From positions 24,824 to 88,823 of the forward strand of contig PLLJ01000023.1 in assembly GCA_003140935.1 (NCBI GenBank): DNA of 64,000 nucleotides, read 5' to 3'. Below are positions 37,864 to 47,246 of the stretch, in pieces (within the stretch, counting starts at the first letter, position 1; every line of letters starts with the position of its first letter). A program made the position numbers and the translations under genes. The notes beneath the pieces were generated by a model. The model searched no databases. It saw nothing but the letters and a program-made list of their open reading frames with translations, and had not been told where the DNA came from. This DNA comes from Candidatus Omnitrophota bacterium (GTDB taxonomy: Bacteria; Omnitrophota; Omnitrophia; Omnitrophales; Aquincolibacteriaceae).

Positions 37864-38693
37864 AACAACTTTACGCAGTGCCCCACGACGCGGTCCGGAA
37901 CGTCGATTCAGAAAGTCTCGAGGCCGTACTGCCTCTGGAGCGTATGCGGAATGTACTGCCCATTCTCGGAAAGTATTTTGGCGCGCCTTTAAAACCGCCG
38001 GCGCAAAGTCCGACGGCCGAGATGAAAGAGGTCGCGGGGCCGTGTGGCGGGATCCGGGAGGACCAGACGCTCTATTATTCGGAGCGAAAAGGAAAATTCG
38101 AATTTGCCGCTTTATGGCCTTGGAAAGATGGAGAACACGTCACCTTGAAGATCTTGGCGGGGGCAAGGTCATCCCTGGCGGATCCGGCTTTACGCGGCAA
38201 ACAGGAATCCGCGGAAAAGAATACGGAAGTCCAGGTTCCAATTGCGGAGGTGCAGAACTCAACGATCGAAGTCCTGGTCTTGGGTCCTCAGATGCAATGG
38301 GCGGGGAATATCCTGAAAATTCTCGGGGAGGACGGTTTTAAGGTCCGCGCGGAGTACGGACGCTTGGGCCTTGACGGTCTGTTCCGGCAAAAGGAGTATG
38401 CGCCCCAAGCGGTGCTTTTATATCTCTCCCGGATGAATTGGCCGGGTCCGGAAGTTGTGCCTCAGATCAAGGCGCAATGGCCGGAAACGAAACTGCTTGT
38501 TTATGCGGAAAGTGACATGCCCTGGAGGATTTCCCTTAACTCCATACGGGATGCCGATCTTTTTCACCGGGGGCATGAAGATTGGGCCCAACTTGGGGGC
38601 GTGATCAAAAAAGTACTGCAACAACGGTATGACACTGTAGAATATAAGCGTCTGAAGGTTCCGGAAAGGTCTCCAACCCGGCCCAGACGTTAA
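37842..38693 (+). CDS. Hypothetical protein; C-terminal half resembles a degenerate receiver domain
   Basis: Overlaps the kinase 3' end by 22 nt. IEVLVLGP...AVLLYLSRMNWPGPEVV...KLLVYAES has REC-like topology without the acidic pocket. Confidence 0.45.
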   Translation: MRFSTMVKQLYAVPHDAVRNVDSESLEAVLPLERMRNVLPILGKYFGAPLKPPAQSPTAEMKEVAGPCGGIREDQTLYYSERKGKFEFAALWPWKDGEHVTLKILAGARSSLADPALRGKQESAEKNTEVQVPIAEVQNSTIEVLVLGPQMQWAGNILKILGEDGFKVRAEYGRLGLDGLFRQKEYAPQAVLLYLSRMNWPGPEVVPQIKAQWPETKLLVYAESDMPWRISLNSIRDADLFHRGHEDWAQLGGVIKKVLQQRYDTVEYKRLKVPERSPTRPRR

Positions 38694-38748
38694 GTAAAAA
38701 AATACCTTGAGGTCAACGGTCACTGAATGAATAGATTTAGGAGGAAAA

Positions 38749-39210
38749 ATGCGTAGCATAAAAGGTCATTCAAAATTGGATCCGCAAAAAATAAAAAAAC
38801 GGGCTAACGAGATCTGGAAGAGGAAACGCGAGGCGCTTAACACAGCGCTCGATGACTGGCTTCAGGCAGAACGGGAGCTCAAGATCCAGAACGGCCTCAA
38901 GGACAAGAACCCCAGTCAGTATACCTCCGAAGATGTCACCAAGATCAGAGAACGGGCGCAGGCGATACGTGAAGAGAAAGTGAAGTCCCTGCGAACGGCA
39001 TTTGACGACTGGATCGAGGCGGAGAAAGAACTCACGGAGGAATTAAAGAAGAAAAAGATCGACCTCCGGGATCTTTTTGATATGTGGTTCAAGAAAATAT
39101 CGCCTCGCGTTGATGAGCTGCTGGACGGAGACCTCACCATCCAGCGTGGCATTTTCGATGATGAGCTTGGAAAAGAATACGTTGAATTAATGATGGAATG
39201 CGTGAAGTGA
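38749..39210 (+). CDS. DUF2934-family protein (two DUF2934 repeats)
   Basis: GGAGGAAAAA RBS. ANEIWKRKREALNTALDDWLQAEREL and AQAIREEKVKSLRTAFDDWIEAEKEL. Confidence 0.55.
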   Translation: MRSIKGHSKLDPQKIKKRANEIWKRKREALNTALDDWLQAERELKIQNGLKDKNPSQYTSEDVTKIRERAQAIREEKVKSLRTAFDDWIEAEKELTEELKKKKIDLRDLFDMWFKKISPRVDELLDGDLTIQRGIFDDELGKEYVELMMECVK

Positions 39211-39323
39211 GCCGTAAGACGTAAACAAAGGCAGGAATCGTATTCTTCCGGGCAGATTTTTAAATCGTTTTAGAGGACCTCTTTTCCCGACAAGCGTCTT
39301 TCCGTGTTTGAGAATCCTTTCAA

Positions 39324-41099
39324 ATGAAGATCTTTTGCCGGAACAATCTCGATAAAGCCGTTTCTCCTTACCTTCGCCAGCACAAGGATAATCCTGTTTG
39401 GTGGCAGGAGTGGAGCGACAAGGCGGTCGCCTATGCCCGGGAAACAGGAAAATTCATTTTTGTTTCAGTCGGATATGCGACGTGCCACTGGTGCCATGTC
39501 ATGGCGAAAGAGGCTTTTTCGGATCCGGAAGCGGCGGCTTATCTGAACAAGCATTTTGTCTCGATCAAGGTGGACCGGGAAATGCGGCCCGATATCGATC
39601 ACTTTCTGATGTCTTATTTGGTCGCGATCCAGGGACAGGGAGGCTGGCCGCTCAACGCTTTCCTGACCCCCGACTTGCGGCCGGTTTATGCCCTGACCTA
39701 CGCGCCCCTAAGATCCCGCCAGGGACTCCCGGATTTTCTTGAGATCTTGAAGCAGATCAAGAAATTTCACGATCAAAATACAGAGCCTGTCGAAGCTTTC
39801 TCTGTCCCGGCCCCGGTCTCGGTCCCAAAATCCGAAAATGAAGTGAGTCAAAGACTCCAACAGAGTTTTGACCCGGAATATGGCGGATTCGGGATGGGAC
39901 AAAAATTTCCGCCATTTTGCACGCTGCTTTTTATGCTTTCTTACGGGGGAGTCGTTCAGGACACATCCTTGCTCCACATGTGCACTTTGACCCTGGATCG
40001 GATGGCACAAGGAGGATTGCACGATCATCTGCAGGGAGGTTTCTTTCGCTACTGCGTTGACCGGGAGTGGACGATCCCTCATTTTGAAAAAATGTTGTAT
40101 GACCAAGCGATGGCCTTATGGGTTTATTCGCTGGCGTTCCGGGTTCTGAACAGGCCGGATTACGGGAAGATCGCGGAAAAGATCCTCCGCTGTCTGGACG
40201 AGACCTTTGCGGAAAACGGCCTCTATCTTTCGGCTCTCGATGCGGATACGGACCATGAAGAGGGGGCAACGTATCTATGGGGGGAGAAAGAGCTGCGGAA
40301 ACTCTTAACCCCGGAAGAGTTCGAGCGATTTCGTACTGTTTATCAAATAAGCGCCGGAGGGAATTTTGAGGGCAGGAATCATCTCCTAAAAAAAGGGAAA
40401 GTCTCCGTGCAAGACATCGAGGAGAAACTACTTTGCGAAAGGAAGAAAAGAAAGCAACCTGAAACGGACAAAAAGCTGATCACGAGTCAAAATGCGCTTG
40501 CCGGTATCGCATTGATCCACGCTTACCGTTTTTTGGGCCGGAGGGATTGCCTTGAGAGATCCGGTCTTATTGCCCGGCAGCTCATGAAACGGCATATTCG
40601 GAAAGGCAGGCTGTCCCACAGCTCCTGCGGAGGAGCGCTGCAACGGGAGGAATTCCTTCAGGATGTCGCGGGTCTTCTCCTGTTATTGACTTATCTGCAT
40701 GAGGAGGACGGCGTTTACGGCAATGAGATCCGTATCTTTGAGAAAAAATTACGCGGATTCAAAAGGGAAGACGGATGGCTTGAGACCCGGCAAAACGATT
40801 TTGGGGAGATTCCCGCCGAGACGATCGATCAGCCGCTTCCCTCCAGTGTTTCCATGGCTGAACTTGCCCAAGTGCGCGTTGGCATTCTGGAGTCTGCCGG
40901 CATTCCGCCAGGGAATTTTAAAGAGCCGCACTGGAACGATTTTTACAACTACGCCGTACTCATCCGGAACGGTTATTTTCACGTTCTCACAACACCCGAA
41001 CGTCTCCCATGGCAAACACTACCAGTCCTAAGTATCCAGCTTAAGGGCAAAAAATTCCTGGATTGTTACCGCGGCGCCTGCCGCACGACCCTCTTGTAA
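39324..41099 (+). CDS. Thioredoxin-domain protein, YyaL/DUF255 family
   Basis: ...KDNPVWWQEWSDKAVAYARETGKFIFVSVGYATCHWCHVMAKEAFSDPEAAAYLNKHFVSIKVDREMRPDID... Confidence 0.8.
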   Translation: MKIFCRNNLDKAVSPYLRQHKDNPVWWQEWSDKAVAYARETGKFIFVSVGYATCHWCHVMAKEAFSDPEAAAYLNKHFVSIKVDREMRPDIDHFLMSYLVAIQGQGGWPLNAFLTPDLRPVYALTYAPLRSRQGLPDFLEILKQIKKFHDQNTEPVEAFSVPAPVSVPKSENEVSQRLQQSFDPEYGGFGMGQKFPPFCTLLFMLSYGGVVQDTSLLHMCTLTLDRMAQGGLHDHLQGGFFRYCVDREWTIPHFEKMLYDQAMALWVYSLAFRVLNRPDYGKIAEKILRCLDETFAENGLYLSALDADTDHEEGATYLWGEKELRKLLTPEEFERFRTVYQISAGGNFEGRNHLLKKGKVSVQDIEEKLLCERKKRKQPETDKKLITSQNALAGIALIHAYRFLGRRDCLERSGLIARQLMKRHIRKGRLSHSSCGGALQREEFLQDVAGLLLLLTYLHEEDGVYGNEIRIFEKKLRGFKREDGWLETRQNDFGEIPAETIDQPLPSSVSMAELAQVRVGILESAGIPPGNFKEPHWNDFYNYAVLIRNGYFHVLTTPERLPWQTLPVLSIQLKGKKFLDCYRGACRTTLL

Positions 41100-41270
41100 T
41101 CTTCTCCAGCCTATCCGGGCAAGGGTATCCACCCGAGTAGAAAAAAATCTATTTTTTGCGGAAAAGCGTCCTTTAACAGACTGCGGTTTTGATTTAACGT
41201 GCGCATAGGCGTTTCTATCGCCCTGATTTTTTGAAAGTAACAGAAGATTTATTTCACAAAGGAGGAAAAA

Positions 41271-41570
41271 ATGAAAAAGAAGATCATCGCTTTGGCTTTA
41301 CTCGCGATATTTGTGCTGTCCGGCATGACGGCGCTTGTTTTTGCGAAAGAGAGCAAGGATATGGGAATGAGCAAAAATATGGCGGTGGTGGATGTCGGCA
41401 ATAAAATGTGTCCGCTGTTGGACGGCAAGGCTGATGGAAAGACGTTCATGGTTTACAAAGGAAAACGCTATGGTTTCTGTTGCCCGGGCTGTGAAAAAGA
41501 ATTCAAGAAAAACCCCGAGAAGTATATCGCCAAGCTCAAGGAAACTGAGAAGGATTTGAAAACGCTCTGA
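41271..41570 (+). CDS. Secreted YHS-domain protein
   Basis: AAAGGAGGAAAAAA RBS. Signal peptide. ...MCPLLDGKADGKTFMVYKGKRYGFCCPGCEKEFKKNPEKYI. Confidence 0.7.
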   Translation: MKKKIIALALLAIFVLSGMTALVFAKESKDMGMSKNMAVVDVGNKMCPLLDGKADGKTFMVYKGKRYGFCCPGCEKEFKKNPEKYIAKLKETEKDLKTL

Positions 41571-41709
41571 AAGTGTATTGAATATAAACAGAGCAGGGGA
41601 AGAACAAATAATTCTTTGGTCTGTGGGTATGCCTTCCTGGGAGGGGTGGTGGCATTTTTTAAAAAAGGTTTATTTCAGGGCTGTGATGTTTGATTCTGCC
41701 AGAAAAAAG

Positions 41710-42330
41710 ATGGTCATGGAGCAGATCCTGTCACGTGGCGTGACGGATACGCAAGTCCTCGCGGCAATGCGAAAGGTTCCGAGGCACTTGTTCGTTCCCC
41801 TGAGCTGTCGCTCCCTGGCCTATGCGGATGGGGCCCTTTCGATCGGCGATGGTCAGACGATCTCCCAGCCGTACATTGTCGCGTTCATGACGCAAACGGC
41901 GCATGTTGGTTCCGGGTCCCGCGTGCTTGAGATCGGCACCGGATCGGGGTATCAGACCGCGATGCTGGCCGAGATCGCCAACGAGGTCTATTCCATCGAG
42001 ATCATCCAAGCCCTGGCGGATCAGGCAGTTACAAGATTAGCCAAACTCGGATACAAGAACGTGAAGATCAAGCAGGGGGACGGGTACAAAGGATGGCCTG
42101 AGCAAGCACCTTTCGATGCGATCATGGTCACCGCCGCGCCTCTCGAGGTTCCCAGTGACCTTCTCGGTCAATTGAAGGTGGGCGGTTGTATGGTGGTGCC
42201 CGTGGGGGACACTTATCAGGATCTTCGGCGCATCACGCGTACCGAGTCCGGTTTTGAAGAAGAATCTCTGATGTCTGTCGTATTCGTTCCGATGGTGACG
42301 GAAAAGAAAAATGAAAACTGTAGTTCGTAA
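41710..42330 (+). CDS. pcm: Protein-L-isoaspartate O-methyltransferase
   Basis: ...ISQPYIVAFMTQ...GSRVLEIGTGSGYQTAMLAEIANEVYSIE...GDGYKGWPEQAPFDAIMVTAA... Start is uncertain (41686, 41710 or 41716). Confidence 0.8.
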   Translation: MVMEQILSRGVTDTQVLAAMRKVPRHLFVPLSCRSLAYADGALSIGDGQTISQPYIVAFMTQTAHVGSGSRVLEIGTGSGYQTAMLAEIANEVYSIEIIQALADQAVTRLAKLGYKNVKIKQGDGYKGWPEQAPFDAIMVTAAPLEVPSDLLGQLKVGGCMVVPVGDTYQDLRRITRTESGFEEESLMSVVFVPMVTEKKNENCSS

Positions 42331-42473
42331 CAAGAAAGGGTGGAAAAAAAGCAGATATTTGTGGAAGAAGGGCCTACCCCGTGCATTTTGCATGAAGTAT
42401 CCTTCCACGGATTGAATTTTGAGATGCCGTTCGAAATTTGTCAAAAAAGTCTACTCAACCCAGGAGGGAGCGT

Positions 42474-42815
42474 ATGAAAAAAGCAATGGCGTTGTTAGTT
42501 GTGTTAGCGATGTTTTCCGGCTGTAGCACCACGACGGTAGCAAAAGATTTTAACAACCTCGGGACGCCGGACGGAAAAGCCGTTCACGTGAGTACCTCGA
42601 ACATGGCCCTTCACCTGCTGATGAACAAGCCTCTCTCCGGAGATGCGAGTCTGGAAAAAACCGTGGCTGACTTCACAGCTGCGGCAAAAAATGAAGGTGC
42701 TTCCAAAGTGCGTATCGTGCAGTCTAATGTCAGCAAACTTTGGTATCTGCTTCCTCCCATCACTTTAGTGATCACGCCCGTTCTCAGCAACGTGGCGGGA
42801 GATGCAATCAGCTAA
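42474..42815 (+). CDS. Small lipoprotein, hypothetical
   Basis: GGAGGGAG RBS. Lipobox FSGCST. Confidence 0.5.
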   Translation: MKKAMALLVVLAMFSGCSTTTVAKDFNNLGTPDGKAVHVSTSNMALHLLMNKPLSGDASLEKTVADFTAAAKNEGASKVRIVQSNVSKLWYLLPPITLVITPVLSNVAGDAIS

Positions 42816-43006
42816 GTTTGTTGACCGGTTCCTGTTGGTCGGGGGGCAGGTTGTTTTCCGGAGAGCCGGGGGCAGCCTGCTCCCTTTTCGTTTGTGATTT
42901 GTATCCCACGGGCGAATATCAAGACGCCGTTCATCTTCAGGCCTTCCTTTCTCGCATCATGAACCCCGCCAAAGGTCTGTGAGGCACTCCATCTCTTAGA
43001 GAGCCT

Positions 43007-43036
43007 GATGGAAAAAAGTCGGAAAAAAGAGGAACC
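43007..43036 (+). promoter_or_regulatory. Recurring 26-bp motif, copy 5, about 85 nt upstream of REC 43120, followed by an inverted TTCCTTTTTTCC arm
   Basis: GATGGAAAAAAGTCGGAAAAAAGAGGAACC atcctat TTCCTTTTTTCC. Confidence 0.45.
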
Positions 43037-43119
43037 ATCCTATTTCCTTTTTTCCCTCTCCTATCATTATGTCCCTGTAATGAGGAGACCGGACGGGTAT
43101 CGTCTCCGAAGGAGGACCC

Positions 43120-43521
43120 ATGGATCCTAAAAAAGAGCGCATTACAGTGTTGGTCGTCGACAACGATAAAGATTTTTTGGCAGAAGTGAGCGAATCGTTG
43201 GATGGCAGCGGTTACACAGCGGTGGCCGTGAACGATCCGATGATTGCCTTGATGGAGATCGAGAGAGTGAAACCGGACGTCGTCCTTTTGGATCTTCAGA
43301 TGCCCGGGAAAAGCGGGTTGGAAATCGGCTATGAGATCAGAAGGAGACCGCAGTTTGCACGTACGCCCATTCTGGCGCTCAGCGGTATTTTTCCGGGCTC
43401 GGATATTCCCTTGCCGGAAGTGTGGGGTGTCAAACATTGTCTCAACAAACCTTTTCACCCCTCAGAATTGATCTGCGCGATCGAAAAGATTTTGGCGAAG
43501 CAAACGGCTCTGATCAACTAA
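43120..43521 (+). CDS. Stand-alone REC-domain response regulator, paralog family 1
   Basis: GAAGGAGGA RBS. VLVVDNDKDFLAEVSESLDGSGYTAV...VVLLDLQMPGKSGLEIGYEIR...ILALSGIFPG...NKPF. Confidence 0.85.
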   Translation: MDPKKERITVLVVDNDKDFLAEVSESLDGSGYTAVAVNDPMIALMEIERVKPDVVLLDLQMPGKSGLEIGYEIRRRPQFARTPILALSGIFPGSDIPLPEVWGVKHCLNKPFHPSELICAIEKILAKQTALIN

Positions 43522-43751
43522 GGTGTCACCCGTGAATGATGGCTGGGTGTTGGCAGTATGACGTGGCTAGAAAAGGTTACGGATCGCAGGAGCCGCTACA
43601 CCCGTTTTGTCCGGGTTGATCTGGGCCTAGACCGGGTAGAACGCGTATTGGCACCACATAGAAGGTTTCATGGAGCGGTAGGCTAACAGCGACTCAGCTA
43701 GTGAGAAGCGCAGCTGCGTTGTTGAACGATTTTTGAACCGGGAGATAAAAA

Positions 43752-44795
43752 ATGTACCAGACCAAAGCTTATGCCGCAAAGAGTGCCGTTAGTCCGCTAG
43801 CTCCTTTTGAAATCGACCGTCGCGCCGTCGGGCCGCACGATGTTTTGATCGACATCCGTTTCTGCGGGATCTGTCATTCGGACATTCACCAGGTCCGCGA
43901 TGAATGGGGCCATTCGCTTTACCCGATGGTCCCGGGGCATGAGATCGTGGGCATTGTCGCGCAAGCCGGGGCCCAAGTAAAAAAGTTTAAGTCGGGCGAC
44001 AAGGTTGGCGTGGGATGTCTTGTGGAATCGTGCCGCGAATGCTCCGAATGTCAGGAGGGGTATCAACAGTACTGTGACCACCCCGTCTTTACCTACAGCA
44101 GCAAAGAAAAAGACGGCAAGACACTGACCCAGGGAGGCTACTCGACCCGGATCGTCGTGAATGAGGATTTTGTGCTCCGGTTGCCGGAAAACCTCCCGAT
44201 GGATGCCACGGCACCGCTTCTTTGCGCCGGGATCACCACATATTCGCCGCTCCGTCACTGGAAGGCGGGTCCCGGAAAAAAGGTCGGGGTGATCGGACTT
44301 GGCGGGCTGGGGCACATGGCAGTCAAAATCGCGCATGCCATGAGCGCTGAGGTCTCTGTTCTGAGCCGCTCCCGCAAAAAAGAGACGGATGCAAAAAGGC
44401 TCGGTGCGGCCGGTTATTACGCGATGGGGGAGGAAGAGGCGTTCGGGAAATTGGCGGGAACCTTCGATCTGATCCTTTGCACGGTCTCTGCAGACGTGGA
44501 CTGGAACCGGTACCTTAAAACTCTCAAGAGGGACGGGACCATGGTCGTGTTGGGCGTTCCTCCTGAAGCTCAGGCCGTGCAAGCGGAAAATCTGATCTTC
44601 GGGCGGCATAGCCTGTCGGGATCTCTGATCGGCGGGATCCGAGAGACTCAGGAAATGCTGGATTTTTGCGGGAATCACGGGATCGTGTCGGAGATCGAAA
44701 TAATCCCGATCCAGAAGGTCAACGAAGCGTACGAACGTGTCATCAAGGGCGACGTGAAATTCCGTTTTGTGATCGACCTTGCTTCGTTGAAATAG
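43752..44795 (+). CDS. Zn-dependent NAD(P) alcohol dehydrogenase (cinnamyl-alcohol/YahK-like)
   Basis: ...DVLIDIRFCGICHSDIHQVRDEWGHSLYPMVPGHEIVGIV...GCLVESCRECSECQEG...GVIGLGGLGHMAVKIA... Confidence 0.9.
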   Translation: MYQTKAYAAKSAVSPLAPFEIDRRAVGPHDVLIDIRFCGICHSDIHQVRDEWGHSLYPMVPGHEIVGIVAQAGAQVKKFKSGDKVGVGCLVESCRECSECQEGYQQYCDHPVFTYSSKEKDGKTLTQGGYSTRIVVNEDFVLRLPENLPMDATAPLLCAGITTYSPLRHWKAGPGKKVGVIGLGGLGHMAVKIAHAMSAEVSVLSRSRKKETDAKRLGAAGYYAMGEEEAFGKLAGTFDLILCTVSADVDWNRYLKTLKRDGTMVVLGVPPEAQAVQAENLIFGRHSLSGSLIGGIRETQEMLDFCGNHGIVSEIEIIPIQKVNEAYERVIKGDVKFRFVIDLASLK

Positions 44796-44824
44796 AGTCA
44801 GACGAGGGATCAACCAAAGAGGGG

Positions 44825-45028
44825 ATGATGGAAGGCATCGCGAAACAGGAAACAAAGACGAAACCTTGTTGCTGCACGGCGCTTATCGGAGCGCTTGTGA
44901 TCTTGTTCGCCTGGTGGAAGGTCGCCTGGGGAGCGATCGTGACGATCTTGGGTATCGTTATTATTTTAAAAGAATTGATCAACCGGTGCTGCTACTTTTC
45001 GATCTGTAAGCCCAAGGCCGGTCCATAG
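44825..45028 (+). CDS. Small membrane protein (67 aa) with CCC and CC motifs; hypothetical
   Basis: AAGAGGGG RBS. MMEGIAKQETKTKPCCCTALIGALVILFAWWKVAWGAIVTILGIVIILKELINRCCYFSICKPKAGP. The track ORF 44666 merges it with an upstream read-through. Confidence 0.4.
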   Translation: MMEGIAKQETKTKPCCCTALIGALVILFAWWKVAWGAIVTILGIVIILKELINRCCYFSICKPKAGP

Positions 45029-45085
45029 CAGAATAACGGAACAGATCTGACGCAAAATGAATTTGAAAAATAAGGGGGTCTTCCC

Positions 45086-45451
45086 ATGCTGATCTTGGCA
45101 AAGTTAATCGGCCTTTTGGTCGCAACCTTTGGCCTTACCCTATTCGTTTTACCGCGATTTACAGAAAAGGTCTTCGATTTTATGAAAGAAGGAAAGCGTC
45201 TCTATTGGGCGGGAGTGGTCCGTTCCTTGATCGGTCTGATCCTTCTGATGGGGGCTCCGCAAAGTGCCCTGCCGGTCGCGACAGTCTCGGTCGGAGTGAT
45301 CTTTCTTCTGAGCGGTATTATCGTGTTTGCCTGCGACCTGGAGAAGCTGAAAGGTTTTTTTGCCCACTACATTGAGCTGTCTGCGGTTGTCACCCGGCTT
45401 CTCGGTCTGGTGGTCGCCTGTTTTGGGATACTGATCTTTTCGATCGCTTGA
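45086..45451 (+). CDS. Membrane protein (4 TM), hypothetical
   Basis: AAGGGGG RBS. Hydrophobic throughout. Confidence 0.5.
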   Translation: MLILAKLIGLLVATFGLTLFVLPRFTEKVFDFMKEGKRLYWAGVVRSLIGLILLMGAPQSALPVATVSVGVIFLLSGIIVFACDLEKLKGFFAHYIELSAVVTRLLGLVVACFGILIFSIA

Positions 45452-45455
45452 ATTT

Positions 45456-46721
45456 TTAACGGGAAGGGTCTTTGGGGCACCGTGCCTGTCCGGCGCGAAT
45501 GAACTTCAGGCGTTGTTTGTAGCTGTGGAGAAATCTCCGTTTTGCCGCCTTCATTTTTAGCTTTGCGAGGCGCAAAAAATTCTTGTAGATCTTGGGGATC
45601 TTTCCGTGGAATAGGTCCTGATATTCTCCCGATCGCTTCTTCCATGTCAAAAACCTCGAGTGCAGGATGTTATAACTGACCTCGAGGTCCTCATAATAAT
45701 GCTCCAAGTGCGTGGGTTTTCCGACGCCTGCCATCAAATTCCGCAACCGCTGCTGGTTCGTTTCAAGCCGTGCCTCCATGATCTCGAATTTTGACTTCCG
45801 GTACAGTCCCGAGGCCAGGCCGACCATTGATAAGAGAGCGATCAGCCACTTCGTCAAGTCCCAATGGTACCAGGAGACCCCGTTTCGGTAATCATTCTGG
45901 AAACGGTGGTGATAATTATGGTGTCCTTCTCCGTTCGTGAAGAGGGCTACGATCCAGTTGTCTTTGGCCGTGGATTGGATGTCGTACGGTTCTTTTCCGA
46001 ACGCGTGGCAGACAGAGTTCACGCAAAAGGTCGCGTGATGGACCATAACGAGCCTTGTGCAAACACAAAATATGAACGCGCCCAGAAGTTGACCCTGGGA
46101 AAACCCGATTAGGAGAGGCAACGCGACGCCCGAGGCAAGCGCCCAAAGATAATAGTGATCGTTTTGATGCGCGAGAAGCGGGTTCTTTCTGAGGTCCCGA
46201 ACATTATCGAAGTTAAATGTATGATCCCAGAAGAGCAGCCATCCTATGTGGGAGTAAAAGAAACCTTTTCCGATGCTGTAGGGGTCCAGATCCGTCGCCA
46301 CAAAGCGATGATGGTTGCGGTGCTGAGAAGACCACCGGATCGCGGATTGTTGAAAGGCGCCTGCGCCAAAGAAGAGAAAGAAGAGCTGGACGATCGGATG
46401 TGCTTTATACGCGCGGTGGGAAAAAAGACGGTGATAACCGGCGCTAATGCTGATACTGGTGGCAATCAAGAATAAGAAGATCAACCAAAAGAGGGAGGGC
46501 TGAAAACCATAGCGTGAAAGATAGAAAGGACCGCCGATCAGGGCTATGACTGCGGTCGAGACGAAAAAGAGGATGTTCTCCGGAATGATCTTTCGGACAG
46601 GGGCTTTGAGACCATTGTGGCCATTCTTAGAATCGTTGTGATTGTTAGGGCTCACCTGAATCCTCGGGACTTCAGACTGTTGCTTCAAGCCTTCCCAAAA
46701 ACAGCGGAAAAATTCTATCAC
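45456..46721 (-). CDS. Acyl-CoA/acyl-lipid delta-9 fatty-acid desaturase
   Basis: Histidine boxes HRLFSH, HRNHHRF and HNYHH with TM segments. Has a C-terminal basic extension. Confidence 0.85.
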   Translation of the reverse strand: MIEFFRCFWEGLKQQSEVPRIQVSPNNHNDSKNGHNGLKAPVRKIIPENILFFVSTAVIALIGGPFYLSRYGFQPSLFWLIFLFLIATSISISAGYHRLFSHRAYKAHPIVQLFFLFFGAGAFQQSAIRWSSQHRNHHRFVATDLDPYSIGKGFFYSHIGWLLFWDHTFNFDNVRDLRKNPLLAHQNDHYYLWALASGVALPLLIGFSQGQLLGAFIFCVCTRLVMVHHATFCVNSVCHAFGKEPYDIQSTAKDNWIVALFTNGEGHHNYHHRFQNDYRNGVSWYHWDLTKWLIALLSMVGLASGLYRKSKFEIMEARLETNQQRLRNLMAGVGKPTHLEHYYEDLEVSYNILHSRFLTWKKRSGEYQDLFHGKIPKIYKNFLRLAKLKMKAAKRRFLHSYKQRLKFIRAGQARCPKDPSR

Positions 46722-46876
46722 AAAGTAAAAAAATCTGTAAAGGACAAAACTCTTTGGATGGCACCTTTTGCCTTTTAAAGTAGAGAAAGATCAGAAAAAA
46801 GATCGCTCGGGTCATGGCAAAAGATCTTGCGAAGATGTTCGCTGGCTCCGTGATTCCCAGCCGCGGTTTTCAAAAA

Positions 46877-47215
46877 TTATTTCAACGGTTTTTGCATCCC
46901 AGACTGCGGTGTGTCGTCTTTTCTGATGTCCGCCGGTTCAACAGGCCGTTGCTGACCAACCACCACGGCATCGAGTTGCAGGTGCTCGATATCACTTAGA
47001 GAGATCCACTGAGGCTTCAAGGACCTGTCGTCCGGCTGAAAATAGACCATAGTCCGGTTCCCATTCCATGCGGCGATGGTTCCTTTCAACGTTTTGCCAT
47101 TTTTCAATAAGATCGTTTCACCGGCCAACCCCGTGACCGGGAGGATCAAGCACACGAAAACAGCCCATCCCAGGAAGCATGCGGTGCATTTTTTTAGAGG
47201 GTGGAGCCGGCTCAT
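46877..47215 (-). CDS. Secreted hypothetical protein
   Basis: GGAGGAAG RBS before the ATG at 47215. Signal peptide MSRLHPLKKCTACFLGWAVFVCLILPVTGLAG. Confidence 0.5.
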   Translation of the reverse strand: MSRLHPLKKCTACFLGWAVFVCLILPVTGLAGETILLKNGKTLKGTIAAWNGNRTMVYFQPDDRSLKPQWISLSDIEHLQLDAVVVGQQRPVEPADIRKDDTPQSGMQKPLK

Positions 47216-47246
47216 TTTAAACTTCCTCCGAATTTCTTTTTCACGA

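Noticed and set aside
43640-43660. TGGCAC hexamer suggesting a sigma-54 -24 box
   Set aside because: No TTGC -12 element at the required spacing.
46814-46999. 61-aa + ORF
   Set aside because: Antisense to the signal-peptide-bearing gene 46877-47215. It is noted only because a degenerate motif copy lies upstream.
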